Below, in pieces: positions 50,698 to 60,623 of a stretch of 61,491 bases of DNA. The stretch's first letter is position 1; each line of letters begins with the position of its first letter. The DNA lies in assembly GCA_045613205.1 (NCBI GenBank), contig JAZLAO010000021.1, forward strand, positions 1 to 61,491, given 5' to 3'. The stretch is from Eubacteriales bacterium (GTDB lineage Bacteria; Bacillota; Clostridia; Oscillospirales; CAG-272). The notes under the pieces were generated by a model that was not told the origin of the DNA, searched no databases, and saw nothing but the letters and a program-made list of their open reading frames with translations. The translations under genes were made by a program, and so were the position numbers.

Positions 50698-51525
50698 GTG
50701 AAAAAATACAAGATGACAACGCTAATTGTTCTTTTATTTGCAATCCTGCTCTCTGTATTCAGTGCATCCTTGGCATGGTTTGTAAATACCAAAATCATAA
50801 GTCCAAACCTTTCCTTTTCTGCAGGTGCTCCGTCGGAATATAATCTTTACAAGGTTACTTGCGAAAATGATACGTCCGAACAAAAAGTATCTAAGGTCGA
50901 TACCGTAGGTATAGCTGGGTTTGATATATATGACTTGCAGTTTGGAAAAATCAACAACCTTTCTTTGCTTGAGCATTCAAATTACGTATATTACGTTGTC
51001 GAAGTTCCAAAGGAGGACGGAGGGCTTATATCATTAGGCGTCAGCTACGGCGACACCGACTCTGACGGCGAGCACTTCAAAATATACGTTCCGTTAAAGA
51101 GCGCTAACGGTGATATTCAGTACAATACTGACGGTACTGTAAAAACCGAGCTTTTCAGTGAACAAACTGCATTAGAGCAAATAAAAGCTATTGAAACCGA
51201 CAATTCTTCAACCTTTGTTTCATTTACGTATGCGCTTACAAACACTTCCCCGTACGAATATGAAAATATAGAAGCTATAGAAGCGATTTTTGATGAAAAA
51301 GAGCCGCTTAGTATGGATGCTGTTGACGAGAACAACAATCCAATACCGTATGAATTGACGCATGACGTTGGATCGGTTGTCGGAGATTTTTATTACGTTT
51401 ACATAAGGCTTGAGCCCAACGTTTCGCTGTATAAGCATTTCATCGAGCATCTTTGGAACAATATGCCGTATTTCCTGACGTACGAAATAAGAGCCACGCT
51501 TTCCGTGCGTTCGCAAACACCTTAA
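50698..51525 (+). CDS. SipW-dependent secreted protein
   Basis: Signal peptide ends SASLA|WF; acidic, beta-rich body. Confidence 0.7.
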   Translation: MKKYKMTTLIVLLFAILLSVFSASLAWFVNTKIISPNLSFSAGAPSEYNLYKVTCENDTSEQKVSKVDTVGIAGFDIYDLQFGKINNLSLLEHSNYVYYVVEVPKEDGGLISLGVSYGDTDSDGEHFKIYVPLKSANGDIQYNTDGTVKTELFSEQTALEQIKAIETDNSSTFVSFTYALTNTSPYEYENIEAIEAIFDEKEPLSMDAVDENNNPIPYELTHDVGSVVGDFYYVYIRLEPNVSLYKHFIEHLWNNMPYFLTYEIRATLSVRSQTP

Positions 51526-51551
51526 AAACTGAGAAAGAGAGTATACCGAAT

Positions 51552-54500
51552 ATGACAAAAATGAAACCGGTGGCTTTAATTTTGTGCATATTGCTCATAG
51601 CCGTATCACTCGTTTTGCTTATCTCCGAGTCGTTAGCGTATTTTCGGTTTATTTTTGATAAGAGCGGAACGAATACAGTTATGGTTGAATTGATTTTCGA
51701 CCACCTCGACTTCAATGATTCGGACGTTATAAACGCAGGCTTTGCCGACGAGGAAAACGGAAATGAAATCCCGTGGGGAAGCGAAAAGAATCCCTACGTA
51801 ATATCTCAAAAATATCATATACAAAACCTATCGGTTTTGCAGAATTCCGGATTCTTTGCAAGCAGGGTCAAAAAGGATGAGAACGGAGATCCCATCTTGG
51901 ATGAAAACAATAACACTATTCCCGATCAATCATACTTCCTTGTGTGCAACACGGACGGAACTCCCGTAAGCATAGATTGCGATGGGATTAAAATAGCTCC
52001 TATTGGATCGCACGAATATCCGTTTACGGGAGTAATCAGAGGCGCTCCCATAGCGGGCAGTACCACATACAATGGATACGGCTCGTCTGTATCCACTATA
52101 GCCGATCTGACGGTGGAATCCAAGCTTGACGAGCCTGACATAGGATTTTTTGGTAGACTCGGTTATAACGGTACGTACGATGCCGAAACGTTAACTGTGT
52201 CGGATGGCTTTGCCGCCATTGTGGACAATCTGCTTTTGGCGGACGTGACGATTTCGTCAAGAAAAAGCTTTTTTGATACTCTTGAGGAGTGGTGGAACTT
52301 ATTCCTTAATCATTTAAACCGTTCTGAAGAAATAAAAGAAACGCATCACGTTGGCATAATAGCGGGACATGCCGAATTTGCAACCGTGAGCAACATCAGT
52401 GTCTATTACACCGAAAACGTTCCCGCCTTTGACCTTGTATCCAATTACGAGGGAAGCAACACAAATTATTACAGCACTACAGGACTTATAGGACTTCTCG
52501 AGTGTGTAAATCCCGAAGTTGATGAAGAAAACGGAACACTCAGCGGCTCTGCCGGCATAAGAGACAGCGACCTTTTAGGTGACGGCTCTGCCGGTGGCGG
52601 AGGCGATGAGAGCGGAACGCTTACGGGATATTTTCTTGCTGAAAATCTCTTCTCACGGCACGAGGAATATTTACATAATGAAGAGGTGAATTTGCCGACC
52701 GCGGATGCTTATGACGTCAAAGAAATGAAAATCAACGAGAAGGAAGGTGGCGAGTTTAAGTCGCTTTTCTCGTCCGTTCAAATGAGCGAAGGCTTTTTAG
52801 GCGGTAACAAGGTCACTTATTATTACTTTAACGATACTGTCTTCACCTTTACCATGTCCTCAAGCTCTGAAGATTCCGCTTCCGATTCTAAAAAAACCGA
52901 CTACGTTATGAAGCTTTGGAAATTGGAGGATGAAAGACCGTTTATTTACGGAACCGACAGCAAAGAAAAATGGCAGTATGCAGACGACCTAGGAGCGACT
53001 CCGCGCATTTCGTATAAGTTAACTGCCCTGGAGAGCCAAAATGCATTTGCAACCCCTGGATATTACGTTATGCTTTACGTTCACGAGGGGGATATCTACG
53101 TGGTGGATATGCAAAGCCCGGCTACCGGATATATAACCAAGCTCGATCCGGGACAAATCTATGAGGGCGATGATGATATCAAGCTCGAAACCCTGTATTT
53201 CGATGACGGAAGTCTTAAGGAGATAAACGTTATCAGTACGGGAAAAGAATTTTTTTCAAACGCGTTTTACTATGCAAGCTCGAGCATAAAGATGCGAAAC
53301 CCCAACTCTACGCTTGCAGACCATCAGTTTGGATTCACCGTTCCGTACACAAACGGAAATTATACAGCGGCCCAGCCTTACCACGGAAGCGCGACTAACG
53401 ATGGATTAGGTTCTTTGTTTTCCAATGCAACAAGTTATTTCTACGATCTCACCTTTACGTATCATCAAAACGGTAAATTTTCAGCGTATATTCAAAGCAA
53501 GGCTATGGGTCCGTTATGGAACAGAACCTACGTATCCGCTATCTTTAAGTTTGATGCTGCGAGTGACAGCCTGTCCGTACAGTCCGATATAAAATCGGAC
53601 TCTGATCAGCTCGCCTCAATTGATTCGATGAGGGATGAAACCTGCTACTTCACAATTATGAAGCTGACGCCGAACACAGTTGATGAGCATAATAATATTA
53701 CAAACCTCGCAAGCGGAAACTATGAGCTCACACCGAAAAATATCGTTCCCACGACGAAAACCGAGAAAGATTCTACGACTCAGGAAGACGTTGAGGTGCC
53801 GGACACCCTTTATAGCTTTGATCCATCAAAGCATGTTCTCGAATATATTAATTCAACAAACTCCTACCGTCTTGCGCCCATCAGATCATATAAGCTCAAT
53901 AACGGTAAGGGCGATCTTCTCGAAGAATTAAACCATACAGTCAAGCTTTACAAGGCAACTACAGGAAACTTTTCTTTGCAGTTCGGAGGAAATTTTCCGA
54001 TATACAGCGATGGCGGCGTTCTTCGAGTTCCTATCGGAACAACGGGTATGGATGCGACCCTCCCTGCCGGTATGATTGCCTTTCATATCCTCGAGGCGAG
54101 TGTAGATGATCCATCGTATATCAACGTAATAGTTGCGGTTAATCCCGAGCAAAAATCTCCCGCTACGGTGGGACTATGGAAAGCCGACGAGAACTTTTGG
54201 GGTTCAACGTTTGATCTTACAGATCCCGATCAGTCCTTTGTCCTGCCGGTATCAATGGTTGCTGAAAGCTCCGCAGACAGTCAATTTATACTCCCGATAA
54301 CAGAAAGAGTGGTAGGAGAAAACATTGACGGAAAGATAGAATATACAACCGTGGCAAAAGACGGCGCCAATGAGGTTTCGTACGTATATCTCGGCGGTGA
54401 GTATGCTTTTATATATTACAGCTTCGAAGTAACAGAGCCTGATACAACATATCTTCTCGGCTCGGCTGCCGGCTCTCTTTCTATCAGCTACTTCTCGGTT

Positions 54501-54848
54501 TCCGGTGCTGCGGGCGAGGGTAATGACGGAATGTCAGGCTCTCCGCTTGGATCTGTCGATTTTGTTTATTCGTTTGAAGGACAGATTATTACAACCGACA
54601 AGCTATTCGCCGAAGACGAACAGCTTTTGAGCGATGAAAACTACAGTCAGTATTATCCCTCTTATCTTTTTGTTTCAATGCTGCCGGAAGAAAACAAAAT
54701 TCAAAATGAGGTTGTAAAAATACGGCGTTACGTCAATGAAGGAGATACCAAGGGAACTCGGCGCCATTTGATGTTAACCGGGCAAAACGAAACCTACGTA
54801 CGAAGTGTTTCCGTTTTTTTGCAGGATTTACAGGATGATATAGACTGA
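51552..54848 (+). CDS. large SipW-dependent secreted protein (putative adhesin/tip)
   Basis: MTKMK...SESLA|YF signal; WGSEKNPYVIS, PFTG, IGFFG, VGIIAG and GLIG motifs resembling GLUG/beta-helix adhesins. Start moved from 51453 to 51552. Confidence 0.7.
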   Translation: MTKMKPVALILCILLIAVSLVLLISESLAYFRFIFDKSGTNTVMVELIFDHLDFNDSDVINAGFADEENGNEIPWGSEKNPYVISQKYHIQNLSVLQNSGFFASRVKKDENGDPILDENNNTIPDQSYFLVCNTDGTPVSIDCDGIKIAPIGSHEYPFTGVIRGAPIAGSTTYNGYGSSVSTIADLTVESKLDEPDIGFFGRLGYNGTYDAETLTVSDGFAAIVDNLLLADVTISSRKSFFDTLEEWWNLFLNHLNRSEEIKETHHVGIIAGHAEFATVSNISVYYTENVPAFDLVSNYEGSNTNYYSTTGLIGLLECVNPEVDEENGTLSGSAGIRDSDLLGDGSAGGGGDESGTLTGYFLAENLFSRHEEYLHNEEVNLPTADAYDVKEMKINEKEGGEFKSLFSSVQMSEGFLGGNKVTYYYFNDTVFTFTMSSSSEDSASDSKKTDYVMKLWKLEDERPFIYGTDSKEKWQYADDLGATPRISYKLTALESQNAFATPGYYVMLYVHEGDIYVVDMQSPATGYITKLDPGQIYEGDDDIKLETLYFDDGSLKEINVISTGKEFFSNAFYYASSSIKMRNPNSTLADHQFGFTVPYTNGNYTAAQPYHGSATNDGLGSLFSNATSYFYDLTFTYHQNGKFSAYIQSKAMGPLWNRTYVSAIFKFDAASDSLSVQSDIKSDSDQLASIDSMRDETCYFTIMKLTPNTVDEHNNITNLASGNYELTPKNIVPTTKTEKDSTTQEDVEVPDTLYSFDPSKHVLEYINSTNSYRLAPIRSYKLNNGKGDLLEELNHTVKLYKATTGNFSLQFGGNFPIYSDGGVLRVPIGTTGMDATLPAGMIAFHILEASVDDPSYINVIVAVNPEQKSPATVGLWKADENFWGSTFDLTDPDQSFVLPVSMVAESSADSQFILPITERVVGENIDGKIEYTTVAKDGANEVSYVYLGGEYAFIYYSFEVTEPDTTYLLGSAAGSLSISYFSVSGAAGEGNDGMSGSPLGSVDFVYSFEGQIITTDKLFAEDEQLLSDENYSQYYPSYLFVSMLPEENKIQNEVVKIRRYVNEGDTKGTRRHLMLTGQNETYVRSVSVFLQDLQDDID

Positions 54849-54878
54849 AAATGATAAAAAGGAAGAAGGGATGCCGTA

Positions 54879-55601
54879 TTGAAAAAGGCGTATATCACAC
54901 CGCTGATATCTGTTATAGTTGCGGGGCTTTTAGTGATTTCATCTATTTTCATAATGATTGACGATGCTCTTGCATGGTTTTCGTATAACAACAGGGTGAA
55001 TTCAAGCGGAATGAGAATATCTGCGCGCGGTGTTCCGGATACCGACCAATATCTCATAGTTGACGGCGTTAAGGTTGAGGAAACGGCAAAAAATCTCTTC
55101 TCAAACTTGCTCCCCGGGGAAATTATAAGGTTTAGCCTTTGCGTTAAAAATAACACGGATTATGATATTGATTTTCAACTGTTTATGCAAGCCCCCACAG
55201 CGAACGATGACGTTCCTTACGTGATAGACGGACTTTATCATTATATGGGCACTCAAATAAGGATTAATTCCGTTAAGAACGGAGGAGAGGAAATTCTTGC
55301 GCTCGAAGGAACGGATCGTTATCTTTTAAAGCTTGACACGGCTCTCTACGTAGGTGAGGACGCTTCGCTACCGCCAACGTCTATAGATTTTGAATATGAT
55401 TTTTCTAATGAGGCGGATAGGAGCTTGATACAGCCGATAAAGATTCTCGCAAACGGTGAGGTAACACTCGATATAGAGATGGAGTTTGTAGATAACGGAA
55501 TGCTGCAGAACCCCTATATTGAGTTCGGAGCATCAAGCGCCTCCGAACCTAAAAAAGCATCGCTTGTGCTTTCTCGAACCTTGCTATGCTCTGTAGATTA
55601 A
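54879..55601 (+). CDS. SipW-dependent secreted protein (TasA-like)
   Basis: DDALA|WF signal; FSNLLPGE..F...VKN resembles the TasA/CalY NLxPGD motif. Confidence 0.7.
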   Translation: MKKAYITPLISVIVAGLLVISSIFIMIDDALAWFSYNNRVNSSGMRISARGVPDTDQYLIVDGVKVEETAKNLFSNLLPGEIIRFSLCVKNNTDYDIDFQLFMQAPTANDDVPYVIDGLYHYMGTQIRINSVKNGGEEILALEGTDRYLLKLDTALYVGEDASLPPTSIDFEYDFSNEADRSLIQPIKILANGEVTLDIEMEFVDNGMLQNPYIEFGASSASEPKKASLVLSRTLLCSVD

Positions 55602-55678
55602 CCCTAAATCAAATTCGCTGCGAAGCCTTGTTTTTCGGTGCTTCGAAAGATGTTAAAATGTAAACCAAAAATGACAAA

Positions 55679-55735
55679 AGGGGCGGCTGCGAACGGTCGC
55701 CCCTCAATGTTTGCGGTGCTGAAAGCAAAGAAAAG
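55679..55735 (+). repeat. module-boundary repeat with hairpin
   Basis: AGGGGCGGC..GTCGCCCCT followed by TTTGCGGTGCTGAAAGCAAAGAAAAG. Confidence 0.55.
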
Positions 55736-55809
55736 CCAAATCGGTTGAAAAGTTCATAAAAACATTGTATAATATCTCATAAACGAACAACAGCTTAACG
55801 GAGATTATA

Positions 55810-56586
55810 ATGGAAGATATTCTGATAAAAATTCTTGTATGCTTTATCGCAGGCGCAGGTGCGGGTATTGGAACCGGCTTTGCCGGTATGAGTGCCGCCG
55901 CGGTGATAGGCCCCATGCTCATAACATTTTTAGGTGTCCCTGCCTACGATGCGGTTGGTATAGGACTGTTCAGCGACGTTCTGGCAAGCCTTGTTAGCGC
56001 GTATACCTATAAGAAAAGTGGAAACTTGGATATAAAAAACAGCTTACCTTTGCTGGTAAGCGTTCTTGTTGTAACGACGATTGGTAGCTTTGTGGCAAGT
56101 TTTCTGCCCGAGCAAGCTATGAGTGGGGCGATGCAGATAGCGCTGATTATCATCGGACTGCGATTCCTTTTGAAGCCCGTCACTAAAACGAGAGAGCAAT
56201 TGGAGGAAAGCTCCCCGAAAAGTAGACTGATCAAGGCAATCGTCGGTGGTATATTCGTCGGATTTATCTGTGGCTTTGCAGGCGCAGGTGGCGGAATGAT
56301 GCTACTTCTTGTTCTGACATCTTTCCTTGGATATCCTATGCACTTGGCGGTTGGCACGAGCGTGTTTATTATGGCGTTTACTGCTTTGACCGGAGGTGTC
56401 AGCCATTTTGTAATCGGAGGAATGCCCAATATTCTTTGCCTTGTGCTGTGCGTTGTGTTCACACTAATTTGGGCGAGAATTGCCGCAAAAATCGCCAACA
56501 AGGCTAATGCAAAAACCTTAAATCGCGTGGTCGGTATCGTCATGATCGTCACGAGTGTCGTGATCTTGGCGGTAAACTATCTTTAA
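55810..56586 (+). CDS. TauE/SafE family sulfite-exporter-like membrane protein
   Basis: About 8 TM helices, GFAGAGGG, AVGTS; TTGAAA-17-TATAAT promoter at 55745. Confidence 0.85.
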   Translation: MEDILIKILVCFIAGAGAGIGTGFAGMSAAAVIGPMLITFLGVPAYDAVGIGLFSDVLASLVSAYTYKKSGNLDIKNSLPLLVSVLVVTTIGSFVASFLPEQAMSGAMQIALIIIGLRFLLKPVTKTREQLEESSPKSRLIKAIVGGIFVGFICGFAGAGGGMMLLLVLTSFLGYPMHLAVGTSVFIMAFTALTGGVSHFVIGGMPNILCLVLCVVFTLIWARIAAKIANKANAKTLNRVVGIVMIVTSVVILAVNYL

Positions 56587-56602
56587 TTGATGAATCAAAG
56601 AG

Positions 56603-56647
56603 CAAGGGCTGACGAAATCGTCAGCCCTTGTGATGTTTTAGTGGCAG
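56603..56647 (+). repeat. module-boundary repeat / terminator hairpin
   Basis: CAAGGGCTGACG-AAAT-CGTCAGCCCTTG, same stem as at 60165. Confidence 0.65.
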
Positions 56648-57058
56648 CTATGACCGCCGCAGTTTGTGCGTACCGCAACCGTGGTCGCCGCAACTGTGAG
56701 CACTGTTGTCGTGCTCGTGATCGTGTTGGTCGCACTTGACATTGGGGTTATAGCCGAGGTCGTTCGCAAGAAATGCCTCGACCGCTGCATCGCAAGAACC
56801 GCTGACACCGCCGTAGAGCTTGATGCCCGCCTCTGCAAGGGCCATCTGTGCGCCACCGCCGATGCCTCCGCAGATTAGTATGTCAGCACCGATGACCTTC
56901 AAAAACCCAGTAAGCGCTCCGTGTCCCTGACCATTGGTATCGATCACCTCAGAGGATAAGATTTTACCGCCTTCAACCGCATATACCTTGAACTGCTCCG
57001 TGTGACCGAAGTGCTGAAAAATCTGTCCGTTTTCGTAAGCAACTGCAATTATCATCAT
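56648..57058 (-). CDS. NifB/NifX-family FeMo-cofactor-domain protein with His/Cys-rich tail
   Basis: IFQHFGH, LICGGIGGGA. Confidence 0.85.
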   Translation of the reverse strand: MMIIAVAYENGQIFQHFGHTEQFKVYAVEGGKILSSEVIDTNGQGHGALTGFLKVIGADILICGGIGGGAQMALAEAGIKLYGGVSGSCDAAVEAFLANDLGYNPNVKCDQHDHEHDNSAHSCGDHGCGTHKLRRS

Positions 57059-57217
57059 ATATCTCCTTCGAAATCAAATAACGAATCTATGTAATTATTA
57101 TATCACGATTTTTGCTAAGAGTCAATGATTGCTTGGCATTTTCGGAAACAATACAGTAAATAAATGTTTATATTCGCTTCGGGAAATACTAAAGAAAAAA
57201 ACAATCACGGAGGTCTT

Positions 57218-57929
57218 TATGTGTACGGCTATCCCAACTCTCGCTATGAGGGAAGAAACGTGGAGGTCATGCGCGTGACCAACGGTAAGATCATGGCGCG
57301 TGACGAAATGGCAATAGGTGAGCTTCCAGAGGTTGACTTCGTGGCAGGTATGCCCGATTCGGGGGTTCCTCACGCGATGGGCTACGCAAGACAAAGCGGA
57401 TATGAATACGCCCGTCCCTTTGTCAAATATACTCCCACTTGGCCACGCTCCTTCATGCCCGCCAATCCAAGCGTTCGCAATCAAGTTGCCAAAATGAAGC
57501 AGATCCCCGTTCCCGAGCTTATCGAGGACAAGCGTCTCCTGTTCGTAGACGATTCCATCGTGCGAGGCACACAGCTTCGCGAAACCGTGGATTTCCTTTA
57601 CAGAGCAGGTGCCAAGGAGGTACATATGCGCGCGGCTTGTCCACCCAGTATGTATGGCTGTAAGTATCTCAGTTTCTCCCGCAGCAACTCGGATAAGGAG
57701 CTTCTCGCCCGTAGAGTAATCGACGAGCTTGAGGGTGACGAGGGAGATAAGCATATTGAGGAATACGCAGATGCGGGTACCGAGAGAGGAAAATGTCTCC
57801 TTAAGCAAGCGTATCTGCGAGGTATTCGGCTTCGACTCCTTAGGCTATCAGTCCCTTGACGGACTGCTTGAATCCATAGGTATCGATAAAGAAAAGGTAT
57901 GCACTTATTGCTGGACAGGTAAGGAATGA
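57218..57929 (+). pseudogene. purF: 3' fragment of amidophosphoribosyltransferase, frameshifted
   Basis: GMPDSG, VDDSIVRGT PRPP motif, CTYCWTGKE end; no glutaminase domain; AAGC duplication at 57803-57810. Confidence 0.88.
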
Positions 57930-57992
57930 TAGCGGTTCGTGTGATCGGTAAAGTGCTCGACTATGTATGACGGTATGCAAGGCAAAAACATA

Positions 57993-58080
57993 TTGACAAA
58001 AAAGTCAAAGTGTAATATAATTACAGTAAAGAATAAATAAAAAAAGGAACCAGCTGACTGCAGAGGACGTTGGTTCCTTT
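57993..58080 (+). promoter_or_regulatory. sigma-A promoter and leader hairpin of the ktr operon
   Basis: TTGACA-17 bp-TATAAT; AAAGGAACCA...TGGTTCCTTT stem. Confidence 0.6.
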
Positions 58081-58101
58081 ATGCTTTTTAGAGGAAAACT
58101 T

Positions 58102-59463
58102 ATGGTTAGGAAAAAGAAATTTACGCTTTCGACCACGCAGATCATATTACTCAGCTTCCTTGTGACCATTCTCATAGGAAGCGTACTTTTAGCGTTGCCG
58201 ATCAGTTCCGCGGACGGTGTAGCCGTGCCGTATCTCGACGCGCTTTTCACGGCAACCACATCCACCTGCGTGACGGGACTCGTTACGCTTCCCACGGTGT
58301 CAACGTGGAGCGTGTTCGGGCAGATCGTTATATTGCTCCTGATACAGATCGGAGGTCTTGGTATCATTACCATTATGTCGGGACTGATGCTTCTCTTGAA
58401 CAGAAAAATGGGCATCGGTGACCGATTGCTCATTCAGGATGCCTTCAACCTAAACACAATGTCGGGACTTTCAAAGTTTGTAAAGAACGTACTGTTCGGT
58501 ACGCTGATCATTGAAGGTATAGGCGCTGTACTGTATATGCTCGTGTTCGTTCCTGAGTTTGGCGTTAAGGGTATTTGGATATCGGTATTCAATTCGGTTT
58601 CCGCCTTCTGTAACGCAGGCATTGATATCATCGCGGAAAACAGCCTATGCAATTACGCCACCAATCCCTTGATAAACATCGTCACCTCCGCACTCATCAT
58701 TCTCGGTGGACTTGGATATATCGTATGGTGGGACGTGCTTCGTGTGGTTAAAAGCCGTTCACCGAAAAACAGAAAAATATTCAGGCACTTGACCTTGCAC
58801 TCAAAGATTGCCATTACGGTCACGGCAGGGCTCATCCTTGTCGGTGCAATCCTCATATTTGCTTTTGAATATGCAAATCCCTTGACCATCGGAGAGATGT
58901 CCTTGTTTGATAAAATTCAAGTGTCCTTCTTCCAATCGGTCACCACGAGAACCGCAGGCTTTGCCACGGTTCCGCAGGAGAATTTAACAAACGCCTCTGC
59001 CGCCGTATCCATCATCTTAATGTTAGTTGGTGGCTCACCCGTGGGAACGGCAGGCGGTATGAAAACGGTTACGATTGCCGTTCTCGTTTGTTCGGCGTTT
59101 GCAACGATAAGAAACAAAAAGGGGGCAACCCTTTTCGGTCGCCGCATTTCCGAAGAATCGATAAAGAAGGCGGTGGCTGTTGTTGTAATGTTCCTTACGA
59201 TATGTGCCACCTCAACTGTACTTTTGATGGCAACGAGTAACGCTTCCGCTATTGATGCGGTCTATGAAACGGTTAGCGCAACGGCAACCGTCGGACTTTC
59301 AAGAAATCTGACGGCAACGCTTAACACCTTCGGAAGGTTAATTATTATAGTAACAATGTATTTCGGCAGAGTCGGCCCCATCTCACTTGCGGTGGCACTT
59401 GGCAGCAAGAGTGTGAGTCAGAACGTGATTTCCGAGCCGACGGAAGATATCAGTATAGGATAA
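58102..59463 (+). CDS. ktrB: Trk/Ktr potassium uptake membrane subunit
   Basis: TSTCVTGL, AFCNAG, RTAGF and ATVGLS pore loops; GTAGGMK; YFGRVG. Confidence 0.9.
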   Translation: MVRKKKFTLSTTQIILLSFLVTILIGSVLLALPISSADGVAVPYLDALFTATTSTCVTGLVTLPTVSTWSVFGQIVILLLIQIGGLGIITIMSGLMLLLNRKMGIGDRLLIQDAFNLNTMSGLSKFVKNVLFGTLIIEGIGAVLYMLVFVPEFGVKGIWISVFNSVSAFCNAGIDIIAENSLCNYATNPLINIVTSALIILGGLGYIVWWDVLRVVKSRSPKNRKIFRHLTLHSKIAITVTAGLILVGAILIFAFEYANPLTIGEMSLFDKIQVSFFQSVTTRTAGFATVPQENLTNASAAVSIILMLVGGSPVGTAGGMKTVTIAVLVCSAFATIRNKKGATLFGRRISEESIKKAVAVVVMFLTICATSTVLLMATSNASAIDAVYETVSATATVGLSRNLTATLNTFGRLIIIVTMYFGRVGPISLAVALGSKSVSQNVISEPTEDISIG

Positions 59464-59473
59464 GGAGAAGATT

Positions 59474-60124
59474 ATGAAAACGAAGAAAACATACGCAGTC
59501 TTTGGACTTGGCAGATACGGCAGAGCCGTGGCAAAAGAGCTTGTAGAGAACGGTATGGAGGTCATTACCGTCGATACCGAGGAAAGAATCGTCAATGATG
59601 CGGCGGCATATCTGCCCGTCTGCAAGTGCGCCGACGTGACCGATGCGGAAGTCATCTCCCGTCTTGGTATTGGCAATATTGATACCGTTATCGTCTGTAT
59701 GGCGAGCAATCTTGAAGCGAGCGTCATGGCTGTCACGCTTTGCAAGGAGGCAGGCGTTAAAACCGTTATCGCAAAATGCGCCAACGAGATGCATCAAAAG
59801 ATATTGCTTCGTGTAGGCGCGGATCAGGTGGTTTTCCCCGAAAACGAATCGGGCATCCGCCTCGCCAAGAACCTACTCAGCTCCGGCTTTATTGATATGA
59901 TCTCTCTGTCAAAGGACGTATCAATGGTGGAGATTGACGTAAAGGACGAATGGTGTGGGAAGAACTTGATCGAATTGAATCTCCGCAAAAAATACGGCTT
60001 TAACATCGTTGCCATTAAGAAGGGCGAGAAGGTCAACGTGAATATCAATCCCGAGCAAGTGCTCGATTCCGAAACCACGCTGATCGTTATTGCAAATACG
60101 GCGAAGCTTGGTAAACTGAAATAG
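59474..60124 (+). CDS. ktrA: Trk/Ktr RCK regulatory subunit
   Basis: GLGRYG, VVFPE, RCK_C LNLRKKYGFNIVAI. Confidence 0.9.
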   Translation: MKTKKTYAVFGLGRYGRAVAKELVENGMEVITVDTEERIVNDAAAYLPVCKCADVTDAEVISRLGIGNIDTVIVCMASNLEASVMAVTLCKEAGVKTVIAKCANEMHQKILLRVGADQVVFPENESGIRLAKNLLSSGFIDMISLSKDVSMVEIDVKDEWCGKNLIELNLRKKYGFNIVAIKKGEKVNVNINPEQVLDSETTLIVIANTAKLGKLK

Positions 60125-60164
60125 TTTGAAAAATTCCATTACAGTGGGAAGAATAATGCAGAGC

Positions 60165-60225
60165 GAGGGCTGACGAAAATCAATCGTCAGCCCTCAAAAT
60201 TTGCGTCGCAGAAAGCAAAGAAAAG
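60165..60225 (+). repeat. module-boundary repeat (most complete copy)
   Basis: GAGGGCTGACGA..TCGTCAGCCCTC-AAAATTTGCGTCGCAGAAAGCAAAGAAAAG. Confidence 0.65.
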
Positions 60226-60349
60226 GGATTTTCGAAAGACTATGAAAAAGCCATGAAAAATCCAATAAAAAGCCCAAAATTTAGGCGAACATGTGGTCAA
60301 TTAAAAACAGCCGAAAACAAGTCAAAATGGCTTGTTTTCGGCTGTTTTT

Positions 60350-60623
60350 TGGTCGAAGTGGCGGGTAAGCGAGTAGGAAACAGTTGATAACTGTTTACGA
60401 CGACGCGCCCGAGCAAAACAAGGAGTTGAAGGAGAGAGTAACGACCGACGCCGGGCGACTATGCTTGCGAGCCGTCGGAGAACCGCGGAGCGAGTTTGAG
60501 TCCTGTGAAATATGATAGAAGGCGGGATTTTCACCGGAGGTGAATATTCTTACGCTTGCCGCTTACGAGTAAACTCGACGCGCTCTGCGCGGAGAATGCG
60601 AACTCGCGGCCCCAGTACCCGAA
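60350..60623 (-). pseudogene. 3'-half tRNA-Pro fragment (att remnant 3) with two T-loop insertions
   Basis: First insertion is nearly identical to 25215-25328; second is homologous to 30690-30760; TGTGGTCA motifs flank both sides. Confidence 0.75.

Noticed and set aside
56648-57058. Nitrogen-fixation gene
   Set aside because: Stand-alone NifB/NifX-domain proteins are common in non-diazotrophs; no nif genes nearby.
57993-58100. c-di-AMP (ydaO) riboswitch before ktrB
   Set aside because: The leader is too short and lacks the ydaO consensus.
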